DNA of 63,581 bases, counting the filler, from Octopus bimaculoides (lineage: Eukaryota): assembly GCF_001194135.2 (NCBI RefSeq). It is 5 parts of 5 records of this genome, joined end to end, with 100 filler letters (N's around TTAATTAATTAA, not from the genome) between each part and the next. Parts side by side here need not be neighbours in the genome. Positions count along the whole stretch, not along the records: positions 43,992 to 61,605 come from NC_068989.1; positions 61,706 to 63,581 come from NW_026378261.1; 3 more parts are not named here. One strand, 5' to 3'. Shown one piece after another: positions 52,726 to 63,581 of this stretch (position 1 is its first letter; each line of letters begins with the position of its first letter). The position numbers and the translations under genes were made by a program. The notes under the pieces were generated by a model. That model made no database searches, was not told where the DNA came from, and worked only from the letters and a program-made list of their open reading frames with translations.

Positions 52726-53086
52726 TATATATATGTGTGTATATATGTATATGTGTGTGTGTGTATATATTATTCTCATATCTTTCCATTGAAAAGTTTT
52801 TCATCTTTTGTTTCGTGATTTTTACCAAGTAGAGAAGTTGTGCTGAGTGAGATATCATATTTGAGGAATGTGATGGACAGGAGCTGTGGCAAGGGGAATG
52901 GATTGACTAATGTCTGGAGAACCAAGTTGGTTAATGGTTGATCTGATCTGATTTGTTTAGAATTGTTGTTTTTGTTTTTGCAAGTAAAATGTCAAATTCA
53001 GAAACATTCTAGAACGAACTTAGCACAGCCATAATGTTGCTAACATCTGTGTCATGCACAGGGCTGGATTAAGATCTCTAGACGCC

Positions 53087-53235
53087 CTTAGTGGTTTGGC
53101 AAAAGTGAACGATAGAATAAGTACTAGGCTTACAAAGAATAAGTCCTGGGGTCAATTTGCTCGACTAAAGGCAGTGCTCCAGCATGGCCACAGTCAAAAG
53201 ACTGAAACAAATAAAAGAGTAAAAGAGTAAAAGAG
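53087..53235 (+). mobile_element. SINE family B 3' half
   Basis: GATAGAATAAGTACTAGGCTTACAAAGAATAAGTCCTGGGGTC..GCTCCAGCATGGCCACAGTC..(AAAAGAGT)n. Confidence 0.9.
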
Positions 53236-53248
53236 TATATATAAAGAC

Positions 53249-53585
53249 AAAAGGTAAAGACCCCTTTCAGTCATGAATGGCCAAGGGATTGCACCTAGAA
53301 AGTTCCTCTCCCAGGCACAAGTCCAGGCAGAGTTGTTTATGGAAGACCAGCAGTCGCCCATGCATACCAGCCTCCCCTCTCCATACCATTGATGTTATCC
53401 AAGGGAAAGGCAAAGGGGCTGATACATCTTGGCACCAGTGACATCACAACTTATTTCTACAGCTGAGTTAACAGGAGCAATGTGAAATAAAGTGTCTTGC
53501 TCAAGAGCACAACACAAAGCCCGGTCCGGGAATTGAACTCACCATCTCGTGATTGTGAGCCTGATACTCTAACCACTGAGCCATG
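53249..53585 (-). mobile_element. SINE family C (tRNA head plus CORE-like domain), near full length
   Basis: Minus strand CATGGCTCAGTGGTTAGAG..GAGTTCAATTCCCGG (A/B boxes), GTGCTCTTGAGCAAGACACTTT (CORE-like), tail GGGGTCTTTACCTTTT. Confidence 0.85.
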
Positions 53586-53966
53586 ACTAATTCATATCAA
53601 TGTGAATAAAAAAAATCACTAAATTTGACAGAGAAATCTGAATGCTGAAGGGTTTTGAAAGGAGATGTGGAGGTAAAACATGGGGGTAAAAGTAAAAAAG
53701 AAGAGGGGCCAGAGTAGTAAAGGAAATTGGTATTAGGGACTAGGGGATGATTTAAGGTCCAGGAGACTGAGGTTGAGAAGGTGCGGGAAAATGCTGTAAG
53801 CCACCCGTCATAGTGAGCTGTGTATGCTCTTCCCTTTTCATTACTGATTGTATCTGAGTACAAAGAAGTGTTTGGTAGCAGTTTATATGTAGGCAGTACA
53901 TTGGAGTCAGGGAACTGTTACATGCAAATAGAGAGGGGGAGGGAGAGAGAGAGAGAGAGAGGGAGA

Positions 53967-53998
<32 letters not shown>

Positions 53999-54276
53999 TT
54001 GAGGTAGAAAATAAAAGTAGCTCATTATTTCTCTAGTTCAAGGTGTGCAAGGTGTATGTTTGTGTGTGTGTGTGAAAGAGAGAGAAGGAGAGAGAAATTG
54101 TTTGTGGGAGAAGGGAGGAAAGAATAAGAGAAAAATGGTGTGCATGGATAGAAGGGGTGAGAAAGAAAGTGTGAGGTTATATGTAAATGAGAGAGAGAGA
54201 GAGAAAGGTGAGGGGAGAAATTTTCTGAGAAAGGGAGAAAGAAAAAGTAGTAGATTCAAATTTGTATGGTGTGTGT

Positions 54277-54322
<46 letters not shown>

Positions 54323-55364
54323 GAAACAGAATCTAAGAGAAAGTAAGGGAGAAAATGTGTNNNNNNNNNNTGTGTGTGTGTGTGTGTGTGTGCATGTGTG
54401 CATGCATGCATACATGCATGTGTGTGTGTGTGTGTGTGTGTGTGTGAACATGTGTGTATCAGTGATTCATGGAGAAGCAGCAGAATTTCAAAAACTGGTT
54501 CTGAAATCTGGTCAAGTCTATTAAAATTTTTATGAAAATTTTGCATTTTTGAAACTAGAAAAAAAACAACAACAAAACAAACAAACCAGAGATTTTAAAA
54601 CTAACTGTTTTGTTCCTTAAAAACAAAAGGATACCCCATAAAAAAAACATATATATATATATATACGAAATAAATAAAAACAATATATAATTAAAAGAAA
54701 ATAGTTAAAATTCCAAACATGGAAGAAAATCAGACATATTTATAAGATGGTGAAACAGAAGCCCTACACCATCACCATCACCAGACCCACCACAACCATT
54801 CTCATCTCCACAAGCACACACCCCTGTCTATATTGAGCTCACCCTATGTTGCTGCAAACCTCATGCAACGCTGTATTGTGTTATGATGTGTTACATTCAC
54901 ATCTTGGGAGATAATTAATGTAACTATATTTATCTTATTTATAAAAATTCAAGCTGAAAGACAGGTTTGCCAAAATGTCATTTTATTTTAAAGATTTCCT
55001 ATAATAAATGAGTTTCCACTTGTCTTGTGCATTTTACTTATTTTCTGCTTTTATATCTAGCTTCGTTTCCTTTTCTTTTTGTTGAAGGATGTTTGTGGCT
55101 TGGTTCCAAACTGTCTCTCAGACAGAATGCTTTCTACAGACAGCTCCAGTCACTTGATGTCCAAGTCTGGCATCAACACACCACCGTTTCTTACATAGGG
55201 TCAAACACATTTGATTTACAGCAGGGAACGGTGGAATCGAGACTGTTCGACAATCATGCCTTTCTAAGGAGATCTGATACAGATTTTGAATGGAGGGAAA
55301 CAGCTCTAGTTATAATTGAAATTTTATAGTGTATTTTGTTCACTCTTATGTATAAAGACACAAC

Positions 55365-55526
55365 TTTACATTATTCACATTTGACGGATACTTGTCCTCA
55401 TCTTGTTTGTTGTTAACACAACGTTTTGGCTGTTATACCCTCCAGCCTTCATCAGGTGTCTTGGGGAAATTTCGAACCTGGGTTCTCATTCCTAAAGTAT
55501 TTTTCAATGTTATTATCATTATTTTT
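55365..55526 (-). mobile_element. SINE family H tail with minimal hammerhead (G12A variant)
   Basis: Homologous to 39325-39460; GACAC|CTGATGA|A|GGCTG-10 nt-CAGCC|AAA|ACGT|T|GTGTT at 55460-55415. Confidence 0.85.
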
Positions 55527-55529
55527 ATA

Positions 55530-55582
55530 GGTGCAGGAGTGGCTGTGTGGTAAGTAGCTTGTTAACCAGCCACAGCTCTGCC
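55530..55582 (+). mobile_element. SINE family B head fragment
   Basis: GGTGCAGGAGTGGCTGTGTGGTAAGTAGCTTG. Confidence 0.75.
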
Positions 55583-55629
55583 AATCCAATAATAATAATA
55601 ATAATAATAATAGTTTTTGATTTAGTCAC

Positions 55630-55830
55630 AAGACTAGCAGCTTTGATTGGAGGGAGGTTGATCAATACTTATGACATTGCTACTTGGTTGACATTTTTTT
55701 ATTTCATTAGTGCCGGAGGGATGAAAGGCACAGGTAACGTCAGTAGGATTTGAACTCAGAATGTAAAGATCCAAAACAGATACATCAAAGTATGTTTCTT
55801 TTTGACATTCTAATGACTGCCAACTAACGA
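55630..55830 (-). mobile_element. SINE family A, degenerate
   Basis: GGATGAAAGGCA..GGATTTGAACTCAGAATGTAAAG, colinear with the family. Confidence 0.6.
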
Positions 55831-56149
55831 CTTTTGAAAAAAAACAATCATAAAAACAAGACAAAGTACAGAATGCTCCATGATCTTGCACATTATTCAC
55901 ATGTGGTGGCCATGTTAATCTCCTGCGTATCATTGTACTTTTACCACATGTACTGCTGATAATTTTTCTAAGAAATCAAAATACCTTTTCTATGATTAAG
56001 AAAACGGAAACTGAAGAATCTGGTGTCTTTGCCGAGATGTTCACAGAAATATCTACATAATTTATATTCTTCAACTAAGTCCATTTTTTCATATGTTACA
56101 TACATGCAATTTACACCATTTTACTAAAAAAGATTGTACATAATTCTTT

Positions 56150-56340
56150 CTAAATTTAGCACAAGTCCAGCGATACTGTGGGGGAGGGGAACTCAATTAC
56201 ATTGACCCCAATGGTTAACTGGTACTTATTTTATTGACCCAGAAATTACGAGAAGCAAAACTGACAAGACTGACATTTGATAAGCTAGAATAAATGTCAG
56301 GAAGCCATTTAGCATGACAATGATTCTTCCAGCTTGCCTA
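56150..56340 (-). mobile_element. SINE family A, degenerate
   Basis: TTGACCCCAATGGTTAACTGGTACTTATTTTATTGACCC. Confidence 0.6.
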
Positions 56341-57770
56341 CATTCAAGTTTTTATCTAATAATAATGAATTTAACGTATACAGTGCTTAGGTGTACTATA
56401 TTCGTTCAGGTGCACAACAACTTTTATTTTTTGACAGGGAGGGATACTATGGTCTGTTGGTAGATTATGGGCGAAATGAGAATGTATTCTAGTTTCAGAT
56501 CAGAATTAGAACCCTTTAAATTTTTTTTTTTTTTGTTCTCTTGTATCTGTACCTTTTTCCAGAAGGTCACAAATATTGCAACATCTCATTTCCTGTTTCT
56601 TCCATCGAAATTCTGATTTGCTATTGCTTCTTAAATTGAATTCCTCACAATTACTGTACCAATCACACGTCATCATTTTCTCATTGCTATTATCATCATC
56701 GTTATCATCATCGGTAACGGCAGTGGCATCATCATCATCATCATCACCACCACTCCCATCAGTATAATCGTCATTGTCATCATCGTCGTCGTCATCATAA
56801 TCGTCATCATTTCTATCAAATTCAACGATTACATTGTCTTCCTCGTAACCATTGTCGTTGTCACTATCATAAACATTATGATTATCGTTAGCTTCATCAT
56901 TGTTTTCAGACTTCAACTCCTCTATCTCCTCGTCGTCATCATCACCATCATCACCATCACCATCACCATCACCATCACCATTATCTTAATCATCACCATC
57001 ATCTTCACCATCATCTTCATCATCATCACAATCACTATGAGTCCTCCCCAATTCTTCCTTCCTTTAAGGAATTCTGAAACCTCATATGCACTTTCGTAAA
57101 TAATTTTTTTTTCTTAGTTTTTTTCTTTTGTTTTTCTTCTTCCATTTTGCTAATTTATTTCTTCTCTTATTTTCTCTTTTCATTCTCCTCTTACCTTCAC
57201 CTCTCCCCCACTCTCTCTCTCTCTATTTCTTTCTCGCTCTATTTCTTTCTCTCTCTATTTCTTTCTCTCTCTCTATTTCTCTCTCTCTCGTTTTTCTCCT
57301 CTCCTGTTCTATTTTCTGCCAGAAGAATTCTTCATAAGAATAATAAAACAAACCAACCAACGAGAAGAAACAGAAAGTGCTATTATTCGATCATCTCTTG
57401 CTTTCCGGTACATGCATAACATCAATCTGTAATCACGTCAGTAAGACTAATTAAAGGGAAAACCCAGTTAAAATTTTCATTAAAACCAAAGTCTTTTATT
57501 AGACTTAATTATCACATCTTATTAACTGTTTCTTCTCTGGTGTAAATCTCCTCTCTTAAACTAAGAATACCACTTCCTTTCTTTAGATTAAACAAAATGC
57601 TGAAAAACCAAAAATATATTCCACTGAATCAAAAGTTATGGTTTGTTGTGTTTGTTTGTTTCTTTTTATTATTTACTCTATTTTAATTCTTGTTATTCGT
57701 TTTGTAATTGGTTTTACCATTCTGCAATTCTGTTCTTTATTTAACCATTCTTTAATCTTTTCTTTTTTTT

Positions 57771-57980
57771 ATCTTTTGTTTGTTTCAGTCATTGGACAGC
57801 AGCCACGATGAGGGATCCACCTTAAAGGATTTCAGCTGAAAGGAACTTCAGTATTTGTCTTGTTACATGTCTGGTAGCGATGCCATCAATGACTTTTGCT
57901 AAATCGCTAAATTACAAACCAACACCGATACTCCGAAGTGGTGATGGTGGTGATGGAGGGTGACAAACAGACACAAAGGC
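57771..57980 (-). mobile_element. SINE family B 3' half, degenerate
   Basis: TGTTTCAGTCATTGGACAGCAGCCACGATG..ACAAACCAACACCGAT..GACAAACAGACAC. Confidence 0.6.
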
Positions 57981-58687
57981 GTAGACACATACATGCTCGA
58001 TGCAGTTCTTTGGCTCATCAGATTCTAGTTGAACTGTTCAACCTAGACCAGCATGGAACATAGAGATTAAATGACAATGCAATGCAATACATACATACAC
58101 ACATACATACATACATACATACAACATACATATATAAATATATATATATACTATGTTATTATATATATATATATATATATACTATGTTATTNNNNNNNNN
58201 NNNNNNNNNNNNNNNNNNNNNNNNNNNNNNNNNNNNNNNNNNNNNNNNNNNNNNNNNNNNNNNNNNNNNNNNNNNNNNNNNNNNNNNNNNNNNNNNNNNN
58301 NNNNNNNNNNNNNNNNNNNNNNNNNNNNNNNNNNNNNNNNNNNNNNNNNNNNNNNNNNNNNNNNNNNNNNNNNNNNNNNNNNNNNNNNNNNNNNNNNNNN
58401 NNTATGTATAAAAAAGTCACCTGACAGTAAATCAAAACCCATTTAATTCCAAGATTAAAGCTAATTATTTTATATGAGACTTTGCTAATAAATAGACAAA
58501 TGATGAAAAGAAAAAAAACGGTGATTTTAACTCACTGAATTTAATTATTAAACATTCCTAATTGGAATGAATAAATAAAATTGAATATTAAGTATTTATG
58601 GAATTTTGATTTACTGTTGGGTGACTGTTGGCCAAACCCATACATACAATAACACACACACACACATATATATATATACACATGCAA

Positions 58688-58833
58688 TGGACTTCCACAC
58701 AGTTTCCATCTACAACAAACATTGGGTGACCCAGAGTTATCGTAGAAGAGACTTGCCCTAGGTACTGTACAGTGGGACTGAACCCAGAACTATGTAATTT
58801 CTAAACAAGCTTTTTAACCACACGGTCACGCCC
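58688..58833 (-). mobile_element. SINE family B 5' half, degenerate
   Basis: CAGTTTCCATCTAC..GACTTGCCCTAGG..GTGGGACTGAACCC..AACCACACGGTC. Confidence 0.7.
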
Positions 58834-59899
58834 TGTTAACATCTTTCTTGCTAATTTTTGCCATGTTAGCACTGGTAAGTATGCTCAGTTGAAAGAGATT
58901 GCTTAGTTGAAAGAGTACCTTACGACCAAAATGAGGGTTTGATATGTCTGTAACACGTTATTGATATTCCACAAACACCAGCACTAACCAAACCAATAAA
59001 CCTTCAGTAGCAAACTTCATCAGCACTAAATATGCATTGTGTAGTAATAAGCACAGTACAGAACTATAAGTAGTCACCTGGTTTAATATCAATGCTTAGT
59101 CCTTTGATACCTGCGGCAGACACCACTCAGTTTTGCATGCATTATTCAAATTAGTCTTCGGTTTGATGAATTCCCATAAAATGTGCATTATTTCTCTCTT
59201 TTCCCCACCCAGAGACCTTGCATAAGATCATGGGACCGGCTTTCATTCTCTTCATTAAACCATAAATAAAATTAAAAATTTACACGTGTTTAGTTGGTGT
59301 GCACATGTGTGTGTGTGTGTGCATTCATGTGTGTATGTGTAATTGCATGTATGCACATATATGCCAATATGTGTGTATGCGTGTGTATGCGTGCATGTGT
59401 GTGCATCCAAAAGAAGTGAAGAGTTTCACCGACTTTATTTAAATATCCATGTGATCTGAACAATCATCAGAGATGCCATACCTTCCAGGCCTTGTGGCGT
59501 GTTAATTTATAAATTCGTATAGATTTGCATATTCGTTAAAGGCAAAATTACCGAGTGAATAAATTACTGACATACCGAAACATGAGTCATAAGTTCATAT
59601 TCGCTGCACAATAAATCTCATTGCTATTCTACACAACTCCCTGAACTAAGTCACATACAATTACGTGTTGTATCTATGAGCAAAACAATCTTACGAATTT
59701 ATAAACCCTACTTCACCTATTTTGCAGCAAATACGCATCAGAGTTTGATGCAATGCTAGTAATTGATTTGTATCCTGTCCAAAAAGAAATTCCGTTCCCT
59801 TCCGATTTAATTTTAGTTGAATTAGACAAGTCAGCAAGCAAACCCCTCTCTGTTCCATCAACCTGCTAGAAATAGTAGCCAAATTTCCCTTAAAGAAGA

Positions 59900-60098
59900 T
59901 ATATATATATTCTTTATATATATATATATATATATACACATGCACACATATATATATACATATATATATATATATGCATATATATACATATATATATACA
60001 TATATGTACATATATATGTACATATATGCATATATATACATATGCATATATATATGCATATATGCATATATATACATATGCATATATATATGCATATA

Positions 60099-60192
<94 letters not shown>
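59900..60192. repeat. (TA)n and (TATGCA)-type compound microsatellite
   Basis: Direct reading. Confidence 0.95.
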
Positions 60193-60197
<5 letters not shown>

Positions 60198-60293
60198 TGG
60201 TCATGTAACAAACTTCCTAACCAACCGCCTGGTCATGTGACAAACTTCCTAACCAACCGCCTGGTCATGTGACAAACTTCCTAACCAACTGCC
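60198..60293. repeat. 32-bp minisatellite, 3 copies
   Basis: TGGTCATGT(A/G)ACAAACTTCCTAACCAAC(C/T)GCC three times. Confidence 0.95.
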
Positions 60294-60769
60294 AATGCTT
60301 GCTTGAAACTTTGCAGTCACTTCTTTGCACTTGGAACCAATTCTTATGGAAGAATTTTAGCCATTATGTATCGATAAGGTGGCTAAAGCTTTTGTGAATA
60401 GCATAAATGCTTGAAGACCGTCAGTATCTTTAATATAAGTTGCTAAAATAAGGTCTGCAAAAGGAGACATCAATTCAAGAGTTAATTAAAAAAATACTGC
60501 TGAAGCAATAAGACTAAATGGCATATGGATGGAATAATCTCATACAATTATAAATTAGCCAGACATTTGGTGAGCATCTGGTGGCATATTTTGAAATTAT
60601 GCGGACATTAACTTGAAGGTGGTGCAGTGAATGATCGCAATGGTAGTTTCCACTTCACACCTGGTTTTATAGTCATCTTATTTATGTTTTCTCTCTCCGT
60701 TTCTCGACATTTTTAAAGCACAATTTTCATTTCGCACACACAGACCCATACACAATTTTCACCATACAC

Positions 60770-61130
60770 ACACACACACACACATGCTCTTACATATGCA
60801 CACAGATGCAGAAGACATACGTAAAACACATATACATATATACATATATACATATACACATACATATATACATACACATATACATATATACATACACATA
60901 TACAAATATACATACACATATACACATATACATACATATACATATACATATATGCATATACATATATACATATACATATATACATACATATATACATATA
61001 CACATATACATATACATACATATATACATACACATATACATATACACATATACATATACATATATACATATACATATATACATATATATATATACATACA
61101 TACATACATACACATATACATATATGAAGA
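60770..61130. repeat. (CATATA)/(CA)/(TA) compound microsatellite
   Basis: Direct reading. Confidence 0.95.
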
Positions 61131-62949
61131 CACACATTCCTTAGATATAACAAAAAAAAAACAAATTAAGAAAATAAATAAAAAAAAAACGTACATAAAA
61201 ACCTTTCACTGAGCAAAATGTGCATTATATTGATTAACTCATCATAAAATCTGTGGTGTAACGAAATTAATTTTATCTTTTGCATCATCATTCCACCAAC
61301 ACCATTCCTACAGTCAGCCCATCGCCACCGCCATCCCTCTCCCCCCACCAATTATTACATTTCTTTTTTTGCTTTTTTTTTGTTGTTTTTTGTATATGTG
61401 TTTGGTTTCTTCATCTTTATCAGAGATGACAAAGATGGCGGCATAGTTTCGAGACGGCGGTAGTAATGATGATGGAATTTACAGTAAGGGGTTATTGGTT
61501 GTGATGGTGGTGGTGGTGATGATGATGATGATGATGGTAGTGGTGGTGGCAGTGGCGGTGATGGTGATGATGATGGTGGTTATGATGATGATGATGGTGG
61601 TGGTGNNNNNNNNNNNNNNNNNNNNNNNNNNNNNNNNNNNNNNNNNNNNTTAATTAATTAANNNNNNNNNNNNNNNNNNNNNNNNNNNNNNNNNNNNNNN
61701 NNNNNGGACGTTAAACGATGATGATGATGATGATACACACACATTTCCAAATTTCGGTTGATAGGGCATAGAATCCAAGTGGGTAGCGTAGTCGCTTTTA
61801 CCGGTTATTAATGCTGGCTAACCTCAGTGAGTGTATATAAAAAACCTCCAGTTAGTTTGCTTTCCTAACCTCAGTCAATCTTCACATCAGTAAATCCATA
61901 TGGCTCTGTAAAGACTGCATGTTTACGGTAGAGAAAATAATGAATTTATAATAAAGGAGAACAGAGATTTCTATCCAGTTTTATTCATGTACAGAAATGA
62001 AAAGAGGTAATTAACTGCTGAATAAAAGTGGATATAAATATCTGTTTTCCTTTATTGTGTGTGTGTGGATCAGTATGTATGTACGCCTGTATCTATGTAT
62101 TGTATATGCATAAATGTATGTATGTGTGTGTATGAAGTGTGTGTGTAAGTATATATATATATATGTGTGTGTGTATGCACGTATGTATGTGTGTGTGTAT
62201 ATATATACTTTGATACTTCGATAGGTTTTGGCCAGTATTGGCCCTGACCATGTCTAACTTAACAGCACCACCTGGNNNNNNNNNNNNNNNNNNNNNNNNN
62301 NNNNNNNNNNNNNNNNNNNNNNNNNNNNNNNNNNNNNNNNNNNNNNNNNNNNNNNNNNNNNNNNNNNNNNNNNNNNNNNNNNNNNNNNNNNNNNNNNNNN
62401 NNNNNNNNNNNNNNNNNNNNNNNNNNNNNNNNNNNNNNNNNNNNNNNNNNNNNNNNNNNNNNNNNNNNNNNNNNNNNNNNNNNNNNNNNNNNNNNNNNNN
62501 NNNNNNNNNNNNNNNNNNNNNNNNNNNNNNNNNNNNNNNNNNNNNNNNNNNNNNNNNNNNNNNNNNNNNNNNNNNNNNNNNNNNNNNNNNNNNNNNNNNN
62601 NNNNNNNNNNNNNNNNNNNNNNNNNNNNNNNNNNNNNNNNNNNNNNNNNNNNNNNNNNNNNNNNNNNNNNNNNNNNNNNNNNNNNNNNNNNNNNNNNNNN
62701 NNNNNNNNNNNNNNNNNNNNNNNNNNNNNNNNNNNNNNNNNNNNNNNNNNNNNNNNNNNNNNNNNNNNNNNNNNNNNNNNNNNNNNNNNNNNNNNNNNNN
62801 NNNNNNNNNNNNNNNNNNNNNNNNNNNNNNNNNNNNNNNNNNNNNNNNNNNNNNNNNNNNNNNNNNNNNNNNNNNNNNNNNNCTCTCTCTATTTATCATT
62901 CGCTATCTCTTCTCGCTCTTCTCCTACACTTCATCGTTCCATCTCTCAC

Positions 62950-63455
62950 TCGAGACTTTTGGAAATATGCTGTGCGTGAGAAGACCCGGCAAACCAAGTG
63001 AGACCATAATCCGAGGCCTCTGTCAGGAGTGTAGCCAGCCCACTTATGCGTACTTTTCCTTCATTGGACACTAAACTCGGCTTGCGAAGACCTGTTGAGG
63101 CAAGTAAAATCGAAATCGAACTAAATTCGACGACTGGCACCCATGCCAATGTCTCCTTGATTGAACACTAAACTTGGCTTGCGAAGACCTGTTGGGGCAA
63201 GCGAAATCGAAATTGTGACGGCACCTGTACCAGTGGAGCGCTAAGAGCACCGTCCGAGCGTGATCAGAGCAGCTGTCTGGCTTCCGTGCCAGTGGCACAT
63301 AAATAGCACCATTTGAGCGTGATCGTTACCAGCGTCGCCATACTGGTACTTGTGCCAGTAGCACTTGAAAAAACATTTGAGCGAGGTCGTTGCCAGTGCC
63401 GCTGGACTGGATCTTGTGTAGGTGGCACGTAAAATTTACCATTTTGAGTGTGGCC
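62950..63455 (+). mobile_element. RTE LINE 3' region (last codons plus modular 3' UTR), second subfamily
   Basis: RDFWKYAVREKTRQTK* end; the UTR has a repeat of about 97 bp twice and four 60-66 bp modules homologous to those at 47.4-47.5 kb. Confidence 0.8.
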
Positions 63456-63581
63456 TACTACTATTACTTCTACATCATCATCACCATCACTGTCACCACT
63501 GCCATCAAAATCATTATTTTTATCATCATTATCACCATGACCAGTACCATCAGAATATAACCATGTACCTCATCATCATCA

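Overview
AT-rich animal genomic DNA from a gapped short-read draft assembly, with many N runs next to microsatellites. The repeat families look cephalopod (probably Octopus); this is an inference from recognising the SINE/RTE families. No host protein-coding gene can be identified with confidence, and the long ORFs in the supplied track are artefacts of N gaps and microsatellites. The window is a mosaic of: three or more tRNA-derived SINE families; decayed CR1-group, RTE and R4-type LINEs; Tc1/mariner, Chapaev and hAT-type DNA transposon remnants; Penelope-like (PLE) terminal-repeat fragments; and dense simple repeats. The most notable signal is RNA-structural. A complete type I hammerhead ribozyme motif (2874-2963) is nested inside a SINE microsatellite. 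A tRNA-headed SINE family carries a minimal, dimer-type hammerhead in its tail (39.2-39.5 kb and 55.4 kb). Further core-variant hammerhead motifs occur, and a hairpin with a compensatory base pair is conserved in RTE 3' UTRs. All coordinates were counted by hand and the boundaries of degenerate elements are approximate.
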